A stretch of DNA of 64,000 nucleotides from Dicyema japonicum. Lineage: Eukaryota > Animalia > Dicyemida. The DNA is taken from positions 906,671 to 970,670 of the forward strand of contig RDEW01000017.1 in the NCBI GenBank assembly GCA_011109175.1. The letters are read 5' to 3'. Position 1 is the first letter of the stretch. Every line of letters begins with the position of its first letter. Below the pieces are notes generated by a model, which saw nothing but the letters and a program-made list of their open reading frames with translations, searched no databases and was not told where the DNA came from. Made by a program: the position numbers and the translations under genes. Shown piece by piece: positions 50,211 to 61,920 of this stretch.

Positions 50211-52425
50211 TAATATTTTTTTAATAACCCCGGGAACACCAAGAAAGAAAGACAAAAGAGTCAAACAGTTAGGTGATCCCAGTCCCGCAATCAATTGTGC
50301 CATTCGACGTCTGTGATCTCCATCGTCCCCACTACTTTCCGGAAGAGCCTTCTCTCGGTCTTTCGGAGGAATCCGATCGGGGAGGGGAATTTCTTATCCA
50401 ATCGGTTTTCTCTTGCCATGGAAATGATCAGGCGAAGCGGATTTCCATCTTCCTCACAGAGCGAAGAAATCCGGAACCACGACTACGGGTCTTAGCTTCC
50501 ATGAGTAGTGGGTCGACTGTTGATCCATTACGTGGGCAAAGCATACTGATGGTTTTCTGGTGTATTGAGTTGACTCTGTGGACCAAGTCTCCGATAGCGA
50601 ATCTTTATGCAACGGAGGCATACTCAACGGCAGGCGCGATTGTTTGTTGGTAGAGGGTAGAAACGGAAAAGTCCATGTTCCTCGTGGTCCTCCGAACAAG
50701 GGCGCGTAAACGTTAACTTTTGGAGGCCCCTGGTGATCATGTCTTTGCGTGGGAGTTGAATTGAGACTGTCGTACTTGACTCCAAGGACAGTGGGGGACT
50801 TTGTCACTGGAATCCTAGTGGGACCAATAAAGATACTCGGTTCATCCTTGGAACGACGGTCCGAAGTGAATGGAACAGATAGACTTGGTTGCAGAAATCG
50901 TAAGTCGATTGCCAAATCCAATCGTGGAGAATGTTCAATTTTGTCTGAGTTTTAAGGGATGCGACTTGCGTCGAGCGGTTCCGTATTGCAATGACTACGT
51001 CGTCTGCGTAGGATAATAACAGGGAATCTTCGTCTCCATCATTAGGTAGGTCGTGTAGGAAAAGGTTGAATAGAATTGGTGAAAGTGGAGACCCCTGGGG
51101 TACCCCGTTCGGTAGTAATCGTGATCTAGATCTGAGATCACCACTGACTACTCTTCCACGTCTTCCAGACAAAAAGTTGGCCAGCCATAATTTCACATTC
51201 GGACGAATATTAGTAGAAAATTTTTCCAAAAGATTTTCCTCGAAACAGTGTCAAAGGCTTTGTTGATGTCAATAGAAACCTTGTGAGGCGGGGGTGGGTG
51301 TTAAAACCGTCGGTAATGAACTGCGATAGTTGCCAAGTATGTAGCGGTGGACCTACCGCGGAGGAAACCATGTTGAAATATAGGACGTGGAAGATACGGA
51401 AAAATGACTGATAATACAAGTTTCTCCATAATTTTTGACAGTGTGCTGGTAAAGGAGATAGGCCTGTAAGAGGCATGTTCTGTCTCTGGTTTCCCAGCCT
51501 TCAAGATCGGTCTGATGATAGAATTCTTCCAAATCTTGTGAATAATATTATAGTTAATGGACAGGTTGTATATTTGCGTGAGGTAGCCAATTGCGTAGTG
51601 GCTTAGGTGTTTTAGGTGAATAGAAGATACTTTGTCAGGCCCGCACGCCCGTGAGCTCTTTAATCTGGTGATAACATCCAAGTGTCCTTTTATGCTCTGA
51701 CAGATCCTTTTATTCAGTTGTCTGAGGGCTGTCAAAGACTTCATGTCCAACAGATGGCATCTCTTCAGCCAGGTTTCTTTGTTTTATAAGACTTATTGTA
51801 TAAGAGCTGAGGGTAGGAATAAACTTCTTGTATGACGATACAGGAATAAAAATATGGTCGCTTTCTGGATGGACACGATCCTTGTGGAGGAATATATAAA
51901 TTAGCCAAATGGATCCAAAAGGACGGGAATACTCGATTTTGACAGTAATCTGCTCCAAAGTCTTGTCGGTGCCAAGAAGCTCTGAGGTTCGTTGAGTTGT
52001 ATTTATAAAGGGAATATCGTTCTTCATAATAGTTAGTAGTGCTCCTCCACGTCTTCCCTGACGATCTTTACGGATCACTGTGTATCCGGGAAAAGAGGGT
52101 GTTGGTATGGAGGGAGATAGCTTGGAATCCTGTATTAAAGCGAGATCAGCCCTATTTTCGCGGAGGAGTGCCCGGAGTTCAAAGATTTTCCTCCGGATCC
52201 CATTCGTATTCAGTTGTATAATTGTCAAATCTCTCCATGGCCCAGGATTGGTTTCGACTTCTCCACATAAAAAATCAGAAGTCTGGACAAATGGCGACAT
52301 CAGATAGATCAAAGACACACGAGTTGAGGGGACCACCGGACGGTGGGGAGAAGCTGTTGGCTCTTTTCGTTCCTTTTTGGAATGGGTGACACCATTTATG
52401 GTGAGCCACATGACACCACGCTAAC
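50211..52425 (-). mobile_element. Ingi/Vingi-like LINE, copy 2 (internally deleted, 5' end complete)
   Basis: ORF 51710-52411 MWLTING..GEVETNPGP-APE; RT motifs GVPQGSPLSP and YADD; high identity to copy 1; two internal deletions. Confidence 0.9.
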
Positions 52426-52432
52426 AACATAA

Positions 52433-52532
52433 TTCTCGAGTCTCGACTTACTCAATAATGGAGCCGGTTTCATCCACTATTCATGAAGGGATCAAATAAT
52501 GACTTTCATGAGATGTTCTGTTGATCCCAGTT
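52433..52532. repeat. 100-bp direct repeat, right copy
   Basis: Matches 50111-50210. Confidence 0.9.
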
Positions 52533-52651
52533 GATTGAATAATTAATGACATTGATTGAATATTTTTTCGAAATTTTTTAAAATTAATTTAAATTAATTT
52601 ATGTAAATTATTATTAATAAAATTAAAAAATTAACATTAAACTGCCGATTA

Positions 52652-53886
52652 ATGGCCGATAGCTTTTTTGAGGGGGCAGAAAAACTTCTTGAAATTTGGT
52701 TCAAAGAGACCGATATTCCAACTCAGGATTTGAGGGATATCGAAAGGTTCTCCTTCAATATGACACCGTAGACCCTTTCTGGACAAAATGCTCTCCAAAG
52801 CCAACTGCAAAGTAATCAGCTTTTTCCGCACAAAATTCGTTGACTCTTACATCCTCAGGTTTTCCAATTTGTAATTTCCCAGTGAAAGCAGTCTCTTTGT
52901 CATGAAAAATAGAATAATTCTCAAAACGTGTGGCACCACAAACCAAATGAGGACAATTTCATATCTTTTGGAGATTGCCGAATGTTTGTGTGGTTTTACT
53001 GTCGTCGAGGTCAGTCTGCGATAAAACTGTAGAAAGTCTTCTATTCACGGAAAAAATTGATGAAACCCTTCCTTCAGCACGGAGTTCATCAAACCTTTGA
53101 GCGTGAGGTGCTCGTTTTCCTTATTTCTAAGGTTGGAGAACTCAAGAAAATCTTTGGGGGAGGAAATTCGTACGTTTTTGGGGACATGGATGAGGAGTGC
53201 TGGTAATTCATGTACTTTTATGTTGGTTTCTCTTCATGTTTTCAAGAACCAAGCATCTGAATCTCCCCGTGGAAACCAATGAAGATCAGGATTCCACGTT
53301 GGAGGTGGTCTTGGTGAAATCACCTAGGTATTGATGGTTGGCCTGGATCCTAATCAGTCGGATGACTGTCTCGAAACTGTATAATCCACGTGGCTATGAA
53401 TTTACTAGGGAATGATGTTCCCTGATAGCAAGGTTGACGTTGACAGTCACTACTTTGACCCATGTGGATATTCCGCTAATGGGGTCATCAACGAGGGAAT
53501 CATGTGAATTCTAATTATTAGAGATACTATTATTCTGTGCACGTGACTCCACAGGAAGAGTTTTCCTATGCAAGTTTTGAAACCAACGTCATTGATGTGT
53601 GGTTTGGCTAAGCACGTTTTAGAATATTGCCGAAATTGTCAAACACGTGGTTGATTCCTTCAATCCTCAATGTTTCATTGTGACCTTCTTCTCCCAGCAA
53701 GTCTATTTTCGCTGTATTTTAGTCCCAAACATATCACAAAGCACTTTGGACTCAGCGAGAACTACACGTCGTCAGGAGACCATATCAAGAAGGCTGTCAC
53801 ACCTCTCAATATAGGCGAGTCGACATTCACTGTGCTGTTTTGGAGAGTACCACTTCTCCTACGCTTATTATAAGCAATTTGGATAG
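52652..53886 (+). CDS. AMD1: S-adenosylmethionine decarboxylase proenzyme, multi-exon
   Basis: MADSFFEGAEKLLEIWF, SYILSESSLFV (pyruvoyl site), ILKTCGTT, FDPCGYSANG, HVTPQEEFSYASFETN. Introns at 52747-52771, 52859-52881 and 53010-53032. An apparent 1-nt deletion lies at 53838-53841. Confidence 0.95.
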
Positions 53887-53945
53887 CATTCTGACTGTTT
53901 CTGTTCAATTTGTTACGTTAACATAAGGCATTTATTGGAAGAGAG

Positions 53946-55055
53946 TTATCTGCAGGCACATTTGGTAACTGAGGCAGAGTAGTAGCGGTGGAGGAAGTGA
54001 TTGCCTGCCCTGTCTGTTAAGAGGACGTCAATGTGAGTGAACTCGTATGGGATGCAACTGGGTGGGGGAAAGTTGTTGGCTAGAAACTCACTGTCGAGAG
54101 TCCCAAAGTGACACAGAAACTGAGAATGAATTGTGGGTCGCTGGTAACTCGAGAGACTGAATCCACACGTTCCTGAGCAATAGTTCATGTAGAAACCACG
54201 TGGAGTCACTACGTATTTCTAAATCACGTGTGTTTACACAAAGCATACCCCCCACTCAAAGTTGTCGAAATTCAAATAAAAGCTCACCAGACGGCATTTT
54301 TCATACTCGTATGACATTACTAAGGGTAACAACCACGTCTTACTGGGCTCCCGATCCTGCTTGATCTTGGGGATGAGGTCGGCTGTGGACTCCTCATCGA
54401 GCATGATGTTACTTAAGAATTTCAATCCATAGTAAACTGCCAGGAGAGGCCTGTACTTGGCATCTTCCGTTTTAGTGACGACAGGATCTCTTTCGGAGAC
54501 CATTTTCTCGAGACTGTCTGTGATGACTTGAATGTCGACGATGAAGTGACTGAACTGCTTAGATTGGCACTTTTCAAAGAGTTTCTTTAGGTTGACGTAT
54601 ATCCACTGACTCGGGGGGTCAAAACTCACTTGGTAGTTTACTGTTGGTTTGGCATATAAAGTTCCAACATAGTACTGACGGGAGTTGAATTCGTCCTTTC
54701 CCCCGTAGAAGACCAAGCGGATATTGATCTCTGAGTTAAAATCTGGGGGTATGTTGGAGGCATTAAAGTAAATATGTAAAATGGCTGAGTTCAATTTTGT
54801 TGATGGATCGAAGACTTCTTCCTCAACATTGAATGATAAGCCTCCTCTGGTCCCTTAAAGTGAGACAAGTCATTTACAAAAGCAAGGAACGACCACAATC
54901 CCCGAGTGCGACTCGTCAATGTCGAAGGAACGCACAGAAGTTACATTGTAAAACTCTAACGGATCGATCTTGGTGGAATTCCCAATGATGGTGGACATGA
55001 GCACACTCAACATGCCAATCATTTTGAAATGGTAGTAACGTGTACATTTGAACAT
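53946..55055 (-). CDS. TGF-beta/BMP superfamily ligand, 3 exons
   Basis: Hydrophobic leader; propeptide LSFNVEEE..LNSAILHIY; mature CRLVSFYLNF..WG-KYVVTPRGFYMNYCSGTC..PSCIP..VTKCACR*. Introns of 24 and 30 nt. Confidence 0.92.
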
Positions 55056-55792
55056 AAAGCTTTATTTGCTGGCATTTTCCGATAGTCTTATTGTCGATAA
55101 AACGTGTAAATTATTATGGGCACTTACGTCATAGGACGTGAAATAGCATGTGCAACACGAAAAGTCAAACTACTAGTTACTTTTTCCAACTCTGGTCATT
55201 CTTCGCCTTCCTGTCTGTCGGGGTCTTCCCCGTCCTTGAGGCGTCTCCCGATTTACTTAAGATCTTTGTTAAGGTCGGTTGGTAGAGTTGATCACAGAAA
55301 CGCAGTGTCCAAAATAATCCTCCATGGCCATGATTGCGGGGGTCCCCAGGTCCAGACGAAGTATTCGTCCAAACAGCCTTCAGAATCTCACACGAAAGCG
55401 TTGTGCTCCTCGTTCTCTTCCAAATAATATCGGATGGCATTCTTGAGTAGTTCCAGGAGGAAAGGAAATACGGATGCTGGTCTTAGTGGAAGGAGTTCAG
55501 CTTTCCAAGTTCTTCACAGGCCCAAGTTCCCGGGTTGTACAGGAGTATTGGTGCGTTGTACAACGGAACATTGTATCCACACCGAGCCTTTCACGTGCAA
55601 ACCAGGTTTTCTTGATCTTGTGCAGTGCGGCGTTTGCTTAAGGAAGTATTTATTTAACTAAGGAAGTATCTATAAAGTCACGACTTAGGATATAATGGAA
55701 TGAAGTTAATTAATCTTTTATTTAATTATTAAAAAATAAATAATATTTAATTTATTATAAAATTAATAATATTTAAATTAAACACATTTTGT

Positions 55793-57101
55793 ATGTTTCG
55801 TCATCGGAAGGTTTTCGTACCAAAAGGAGTGCCTAAAACCAACCATGACACTCCAGAGATTACTAACTCCAACACAGAAACTTCCAATATCAAACAAGAA
55901 CTTCAAAAATCTCAAAATACTCCCACAGAACCTCAAGAACTGATAAGTGAATCATCTATCACCCCAGACTGTTCGGGAATAGAGTCAGATGGTGAATCAA
56001 CAAACTTACAACCACCTGAGCCCCCCTTTAAGAATGTCCCCCAACTAAAACTTATTGATGGTAACAACATACACTAACTATTAGGCAATGAACCTCAAGA
56101 ACTGATAATCGAGTCATATATCACCCCAGACTGCTCAGGAATAGAGTCAGACGGTGAATCAACAAACTTACAACCACCTGAACCCCCATGTAAGAGAGTC
56201 CCCCAACTAAAACTGATTGATGGTAACAACATAGCTTAACTATTAGGCAAACTCGTGCTTGTCGATGGTGATAGTCAGACTTCTGAGTGTAATTACTCGA
56301 TTAATGAAGATGTGGAGTCTGTGCACTCACTAGATACTGTTGATAACTCTCAGACAGCCCTTGAGAACTTCCTCAAACCAAAAGTATGGTTGACTGTAAA
56401 TTGTAGAGAAAATTATTGACAAAAAGGTCAAAGAGGATAAAAATAGTGACTGATGATTCATTCGTCCCCAATGACGACATGAAAATGTCAGATTTAGTCA
56501 CTATTACCCGTTGTAACTCTGGGAGTAAGAGGACTGTTGTAAATAAGCCTCAAATCCCCGTTAAGCCAGCAACTCCCAAACCTACTAAGGTCTATGCCCC
56601 TAGACTGAGGATAAATGATTACGGAGAAGTGGTAATTGACGAGGAGAGGTGGTTTTTGTAGTAATATTAGTTTGGTGGTAGATGTCAGGGCCGCCGCGCA
56701 AGAGGACATTGACAACGCTGTGGTTGTGAAGGATCTCCCAAGAAGTTATACAAATTATAGGAAATTAACGAGTTGTAATCGTCGGTGGACTGTGGCTGGT
56801 ATTTTTGTTGGTAATGAGTGAAGATAGTAAGCGGTTTTTGATGGCCCTAGCTATGTTTGGGACTGACTTTAGTGCCATAGCTGGTGTATTCCCTGGAAGA
56901 CACCAAAGGGACATTCTGGTAGACGTTGTGATTACACGTAGAATAAATATAAGTCAGGACTGCGTACTAATCCACTGGTGATTACTCAAATGCTTAGTGA
57001 GTGTTGTTGTTATTGTAGGGAGACGAATTAAGGTGGACTATGATTACTTTAAGAAGGATGATAAGAGTACTCATATTACAGTTGATGACAATACTTTGTG
57101 A
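55793..57101 (+). CDS. BDP1: TFIIIB B'' subunit (SANT/Myb domain), multi-exon
   Basis: APRLRINDYGEVVIDEE-SLVVDV, YTNYRK..RRWT, FLMALAMFGTDFSAIAGVFPGR..RDI-NKYK. Confidence 0.88.
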
Positions 57102-57189
57102 TATATTGTGTTTTAATAAATTATTAATTAAAAAATAAATTATTAATTGAAAATTATTGTCTCCCTCGTATGTAAACTCGGTTAGTCAA

Positions 57190-59210
57190 ATGGGCGCTTC
57201 TCCTGTCCTGGTCATTCTTGCCCGCTTTTGGTGGTTACTTTCTCATTAGCCGCTGGTTTCATTGAGTTGAAGGGTCAGGTGAATAAATCAAACGATTCAC
57301 CTCAAGTTTTGGAGATGGAGTCATGAACGGTGGTTGTCAGACGTTTTGATGTACATCTGATGTCTCCAATATCTTTATGAAGGAGAACTAAGACATTCTG
57401 CTGAGATGATGTTGTCATGACACCGGCTCACATCCAAAAAAAAACAGTAAGGAGCATTCCTTGGTTCTCCCTTAACGATTAGTTATGACAACTGTTCTTC
57501 ACTTGAAAAATAGTGTGTCCTGCCTGAGAATAGCCAATATGTCTCATAGCATAACCTAAGTCAGCGATTATAAGACAAATCTTGAAACCAATCCAATTAG
57601 CCTAAAGGAAGATTAGTAATGTTAGTTAAGATTAGGTGCATATCATATACGTCTTGTGCTTGATGTTGTTGTTTCCAGTACACGTGCACTGTATCTTTGG
57701 GTTATTTTCCGGATAAAATGCGATCGATATAGGAGATTTGAAATCCATCAATTTCCTCAAAAATGGCTGTTCGGCAGGTGGGAGAGACTTATCTTGGCAA
57801 ATAATGGTGATATTTGAATTCCCCCTTAATATGCATTTATTTTCCTTAAAGAACGTGAAAGCAATAAATCTCGACTGCGTACTACGAATTAGAAGAGGAA
57901 TACTCCATCGGGAGGCATCCAATTCTGTTTTGATTACTCGGACAAACTCCAGTTGAACAAGAGCTCCCGTTGTTAACCACCAAGTTGTAGTGAATCGGAG
58001 ATCTTGGCAATACTGTGCAGACTGCGTAAACCTGGAGATTTAAAATGTAAACAAACCCGATTTCTCCCCCCACTTTGACACTTGTTTTGTCGGAAGTAAG
58101 CTCTCCCGTTGAATCCATAGCATTTCACCAGACTTGTTCCTCGTGGACACTGCACATACTTTGTTCTAATATAGATCCTATTTTTTGGGACTAAAATCAC
58201 GAGAACCAAAACCAAGGCCAATGGCGCTTATTTCACAGTTATTACAGGGTTTCCGTAGATTGCAATATCGGTCCATATTTTTACGGATATCCTGGTATGT
58301 CTCCCCCGAATTCGGTCTACGTGGCCTATAGAGGGTACCCAGGTTTGACGATACAATCTGTTATAAAATGCTTGTTTTTCGACCTCCTCAGGGACTTACT
58401 GTTGATAACCACCGATTTCAATTCGTCCGTTTTAACGCAGCCAATTTTCGCCTATTTTAAGGGTACCCTTTACTCTCGCCGTCGTGGCGTCACCGCAATA
58501 TCTGACGAGGCATATATCCTCGTAGACTTCAACGGAACTGCACTTTTGTAAGTCCAGACATTCGCACGATTTGAGGATGTACCCCTCGGGGCATGTCTTG
58601 GCGGAGGTTGAGTTCCTCTCAGTGATGACGTCGGAGCTCACGAATATCACATCAATTTCCGCTGATAACATTACATCGGGTCACCACCTATGCAGGTCAC
58701 TTCCACCGTTATAACTTCTTTTTTGCTTTTTTTGGGAGTCGCAATGCACGAATTGTTGTATTTCTTAATCACGTGAGTTTGTTGGGGAGATACCCTTTGA
58801 ATTCAGGCAAATAAGCTACAAATTAAACATTCTGCAATCTGACAGTGTCGTATCCACCGGGCACGTGACTGTCCCCCTGTTGAATATCTCTGAGATTACC
58901 TTAGCGCTGTATTTATGGTTTGTAATGCAAGTTGCGATAGCCTGAACGTGAGTCAATGTGTACCCTTATTTTATTTCCATTGGGGGATGCGACGACTTGG
59001 CAAAGATTGTCTTGAACGTTGCTCCCCAAATAGTCTTTTCCTTCGCACCCACACGAGGATACCACAGTGTTTGGTGGACAAAGTGCCGTAGAAATAGCAT
59101 TTGACTTGGTAACGAATCGCCCCCTCACTTGGAATTCATCTTCGACTTACATAAAATCACGCAATACACTCTAAAGACAGGCAAATCAAAAATATGGTAG
59201 ATACTAGCAT
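57190..59210 (-). CDS. Secreted protein with tandem Cys-rich (resistin/PCSK9-CRD-like) modules
   Basis: Signal MLVSTIFLICLSL, 22-nt intron, then modules ALCPPNTVVSSCGC, VTCPVDTTLSDC, KTCPEGYILKSCEC and VQCPRGTSLVKC. The 3' extent is uncertain. Confidence 0.5.
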
Positions 59211-59399
59211 TGGGTTGCTTATGGGAGTCACATTTATATCCCACAATTGTCTGACAGATGTAACTTCATATGGATTTCCAACTTGAAGAGGCCTTGATTG
59301 ACGTTTTATGCTTAAATTGATTTCCTACCATCAATATCACCAAACCGTGGACTTCAACCCCCGGAGTAACGAAATACGTTAGAGTGGAACGTTACCTTT

Positions 59400-61000
59400 A
59401 TCCGTCATTAGGGGAACCCCTCCACTGGCGTAAGGAAGGGGGAGCTTTTTGTAAGCAGGCCAACCTTATGAGGTAGGTGAATAAGGCAAAGAAAGGAAAT
59501 CCTTCGTCCAAGTAGGTAGCGTTGTGGGGATCGAATCAACGGCTAAATGAGACGGAGTGACAGCACTACCCACTACACCACGTGGTCTAACTATATCCTT
59601 AAAGGTTTTTTGACTCGGTTAAAGTTTTTTGGCCGTATTTTGACTAACTCCCCCGCGATAAGATTCTCTCTTTGGTTAAGATCATATTTCAAGGCTGGAT
59701 ATGTACCAATCTACCTAAATGGGTTTGTCTTGACTTATCAACAGCCAAGATAGCCACTTCCTCTCAGATTTTTCTGTTTTAGACTCAAACTTCATAGCAT
59801 ATTCAACAATAGCCTTCCACTCCCATGGACTACACCAGTCATGTCAAACACGCTGTCCACACAAAGGATTGTTATACAGTCGACATTTGACGCTTATTCC
59901 CCCGTCATTGGAATCAGACCACCTGAGAGAAGCATTGGATTTCTGTCAATGGCGTTAAATTGACAGGCCGCGGTTATGAGCGTTCTACGTGGTCAGCAGA
60001 CTTTCATACGCTTAAACTTTACGCTCTCCCTTATATACGAACGTTCCCATAACAACGATACTGTCCTACATGTGAGTGCTTCCACGTCCACGTGAACTGA
60101 CCCCGTTCAGAATGGGATCTTCAGCTAAGAAAAGGAAACTTGTAGAAGAAAGACGGGTATTGTCGCTTTTGTTACTGCAAGCTATGAACTCAACAAATGA
60201 CCGCCATGGTGGCAAATCTTACAGTGAAAAAGATTTCATGGTAAAGACGCTGAGTCCCTTTCTCTCACTCTCTTTTCAGAGGAGTCCACGAGGAATTATG
60301 GTCTCGGTTTCCTGTGTTTTGGCAATGAACCAGGAATCCCTTAGCAATGCGATTGCTCGAGCAGAGGAACGTCGATCGGTCCTAAAGAAGACAGCCCGAT
60401 CGAGTTCTTCTGTAGGTATTCGTGGTGGCTTTCTACAGTTGGACATAACGTCCATTCATATCCGCTATTGTGGGAACACCCTTGGAGTAAGGAAGAGATA
60501 GATAATTTTTGGATGCCAATCAGACACTGAGCGTCTTCTGAGGCAGGTGGATCGTATTACCTCTCTTACGAACAGTAAAAGCCAGAGAGTAGAAGCCACT
60601 AACTACAGTGAAAAATTCTTAGAGTCCACGTATGGATCTTTAATGCTTATTTGGTTGCTACACTCCAGTTGACCTAACAACATTATTGTTTTCATGAATA
60701 ACCTTGAAATTCAAAGACAAAATCCACTTGGTAAATCTCAAATCTTGTTTGAGTTTATTTCACGTTACGAGTCTATTTGGCATGCGTTTCAGTCAAACTG
60801 GTGAAAGCTGATCTCCCGATATTTAAAAATGGTTCAAACATGCTCTTATCGGATATTTCAAAATAAGAGCAATGCCACCAGGAATTGAAACTTTCTGGTG
60901 ACTAAGCATGCTGTTCGCATATCCAAGAAAAGATGGGGGGACTAATCACAGAACGTTAGAAAATATCAACTACGTCTACTCCCTGATATGCTTGGGGGTC
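59400..61000 (+). CDS. Unidentified spliced gene
   Basis: ORF 60076-60501 contains in-frame GT-AG segments (gtaaagacg..tctcttttcag, gtaggtattc..ctacag). No family recognised. Confidence 0.25.
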
Positions 61001-61651
61001 ATTATTGACAGGAAAGGAAACTCTTCTGTCATAAGAAGCCACTCTATTCGAAAAGGAAAAGGAGTAACAGAAGAAACAAACAGAAATCTTTAATCAAATA
61101 GCCACATGGCACCACGCTAACGCTGGCATAACGCTGGCAATGGTATTTTACCCAATCCGAGGGACAAATTATCATTCGCCTAGAGAAATCGAGGACAGCC
61201 GTAGAGATCCCCCTGAAGAAGAGATGAAGAATTCTTCTTAATTCCAACTAAAGAGATCGCGGAAATCGCAAAGAAAAAAGTTGAGGATTTTTTGCGAGGG
61301 AACCTAACTTACTCCTATACGATGTGCCATACCGTATCACATAGTTACCCCCAGCCCCTATTAAAACTCTTAATAGTTCTCACCAATTCTTTTCTTCTTC
61401 CTAATTTAATCAACATTTTTAGCTCTACGGCATCCTTTTCTTCACTTCTCCAGTAGAGGGGTTCCCCAATGGGGGATGTGGATAGATATGATGCTTGGAA
61501 GTATGCACCCACTCAAAGGGAACAGAATAAACCTATTTCTACCACAAACTGTTATGTAATCTCTAAAGTAATTTTGTTAAATCATAAAATTATCTAAAAA
61601 TTTTTAATTCCGTAATATTCAATATAAAAGAGCTGGCGGTGAATTTTGTAA

Positions 61652-61920
61652 ATGAAAAAATCGAGATTTTCTCAGGAAAACATCGATAGTGACGCATATG
61701 ATTCGAAGAAGACATGGAATTCAAAAGTCTGCTCGACGTGATTAGAAAAGAGGCCCCAACTTACAAAGAATATTCCTCCGATATAGCGATATTAAAAGAA
61801 ACAGCAAAATATATTGTCTACTTGAAACAAAAACATAACAAAAGCTCCAAGATTTTAAGAATACGCAGAGATGCCGTTGAGAAAATCAAATATTTGGATA
61901 GTGTTAGGAGACAATTGTAA
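61652..61920 (+). CDS. Small HLH(-zipper)-like protein
   Basis: TATAAAAG at 61623 and ATG at 61652; splicing a 20-nt intron (gtgacgcatatgattcgaag) joins it to FKSLLDVIRKEAP..DIAILKETAKYIVYLKQ, an HLH-like pattern. Confidence 0.45.

Noticed and set aside
55116-55661. Several overlapping short ORFs, one starting MPSDIIWK like ribosomal protein L28
   Set aside because: Similarity does not extend past the first residues, and neither strand nor exon structure could be resolved.
59515-59587. tRNA-like string on the minus strand (ggtgtagtgggtagtgc...gattcgatcccc)
   Set aside because: It has A/B-box resemblance only; the acceptor, anticodon and T stems do not pair, and the region also reads as open coding sequence.
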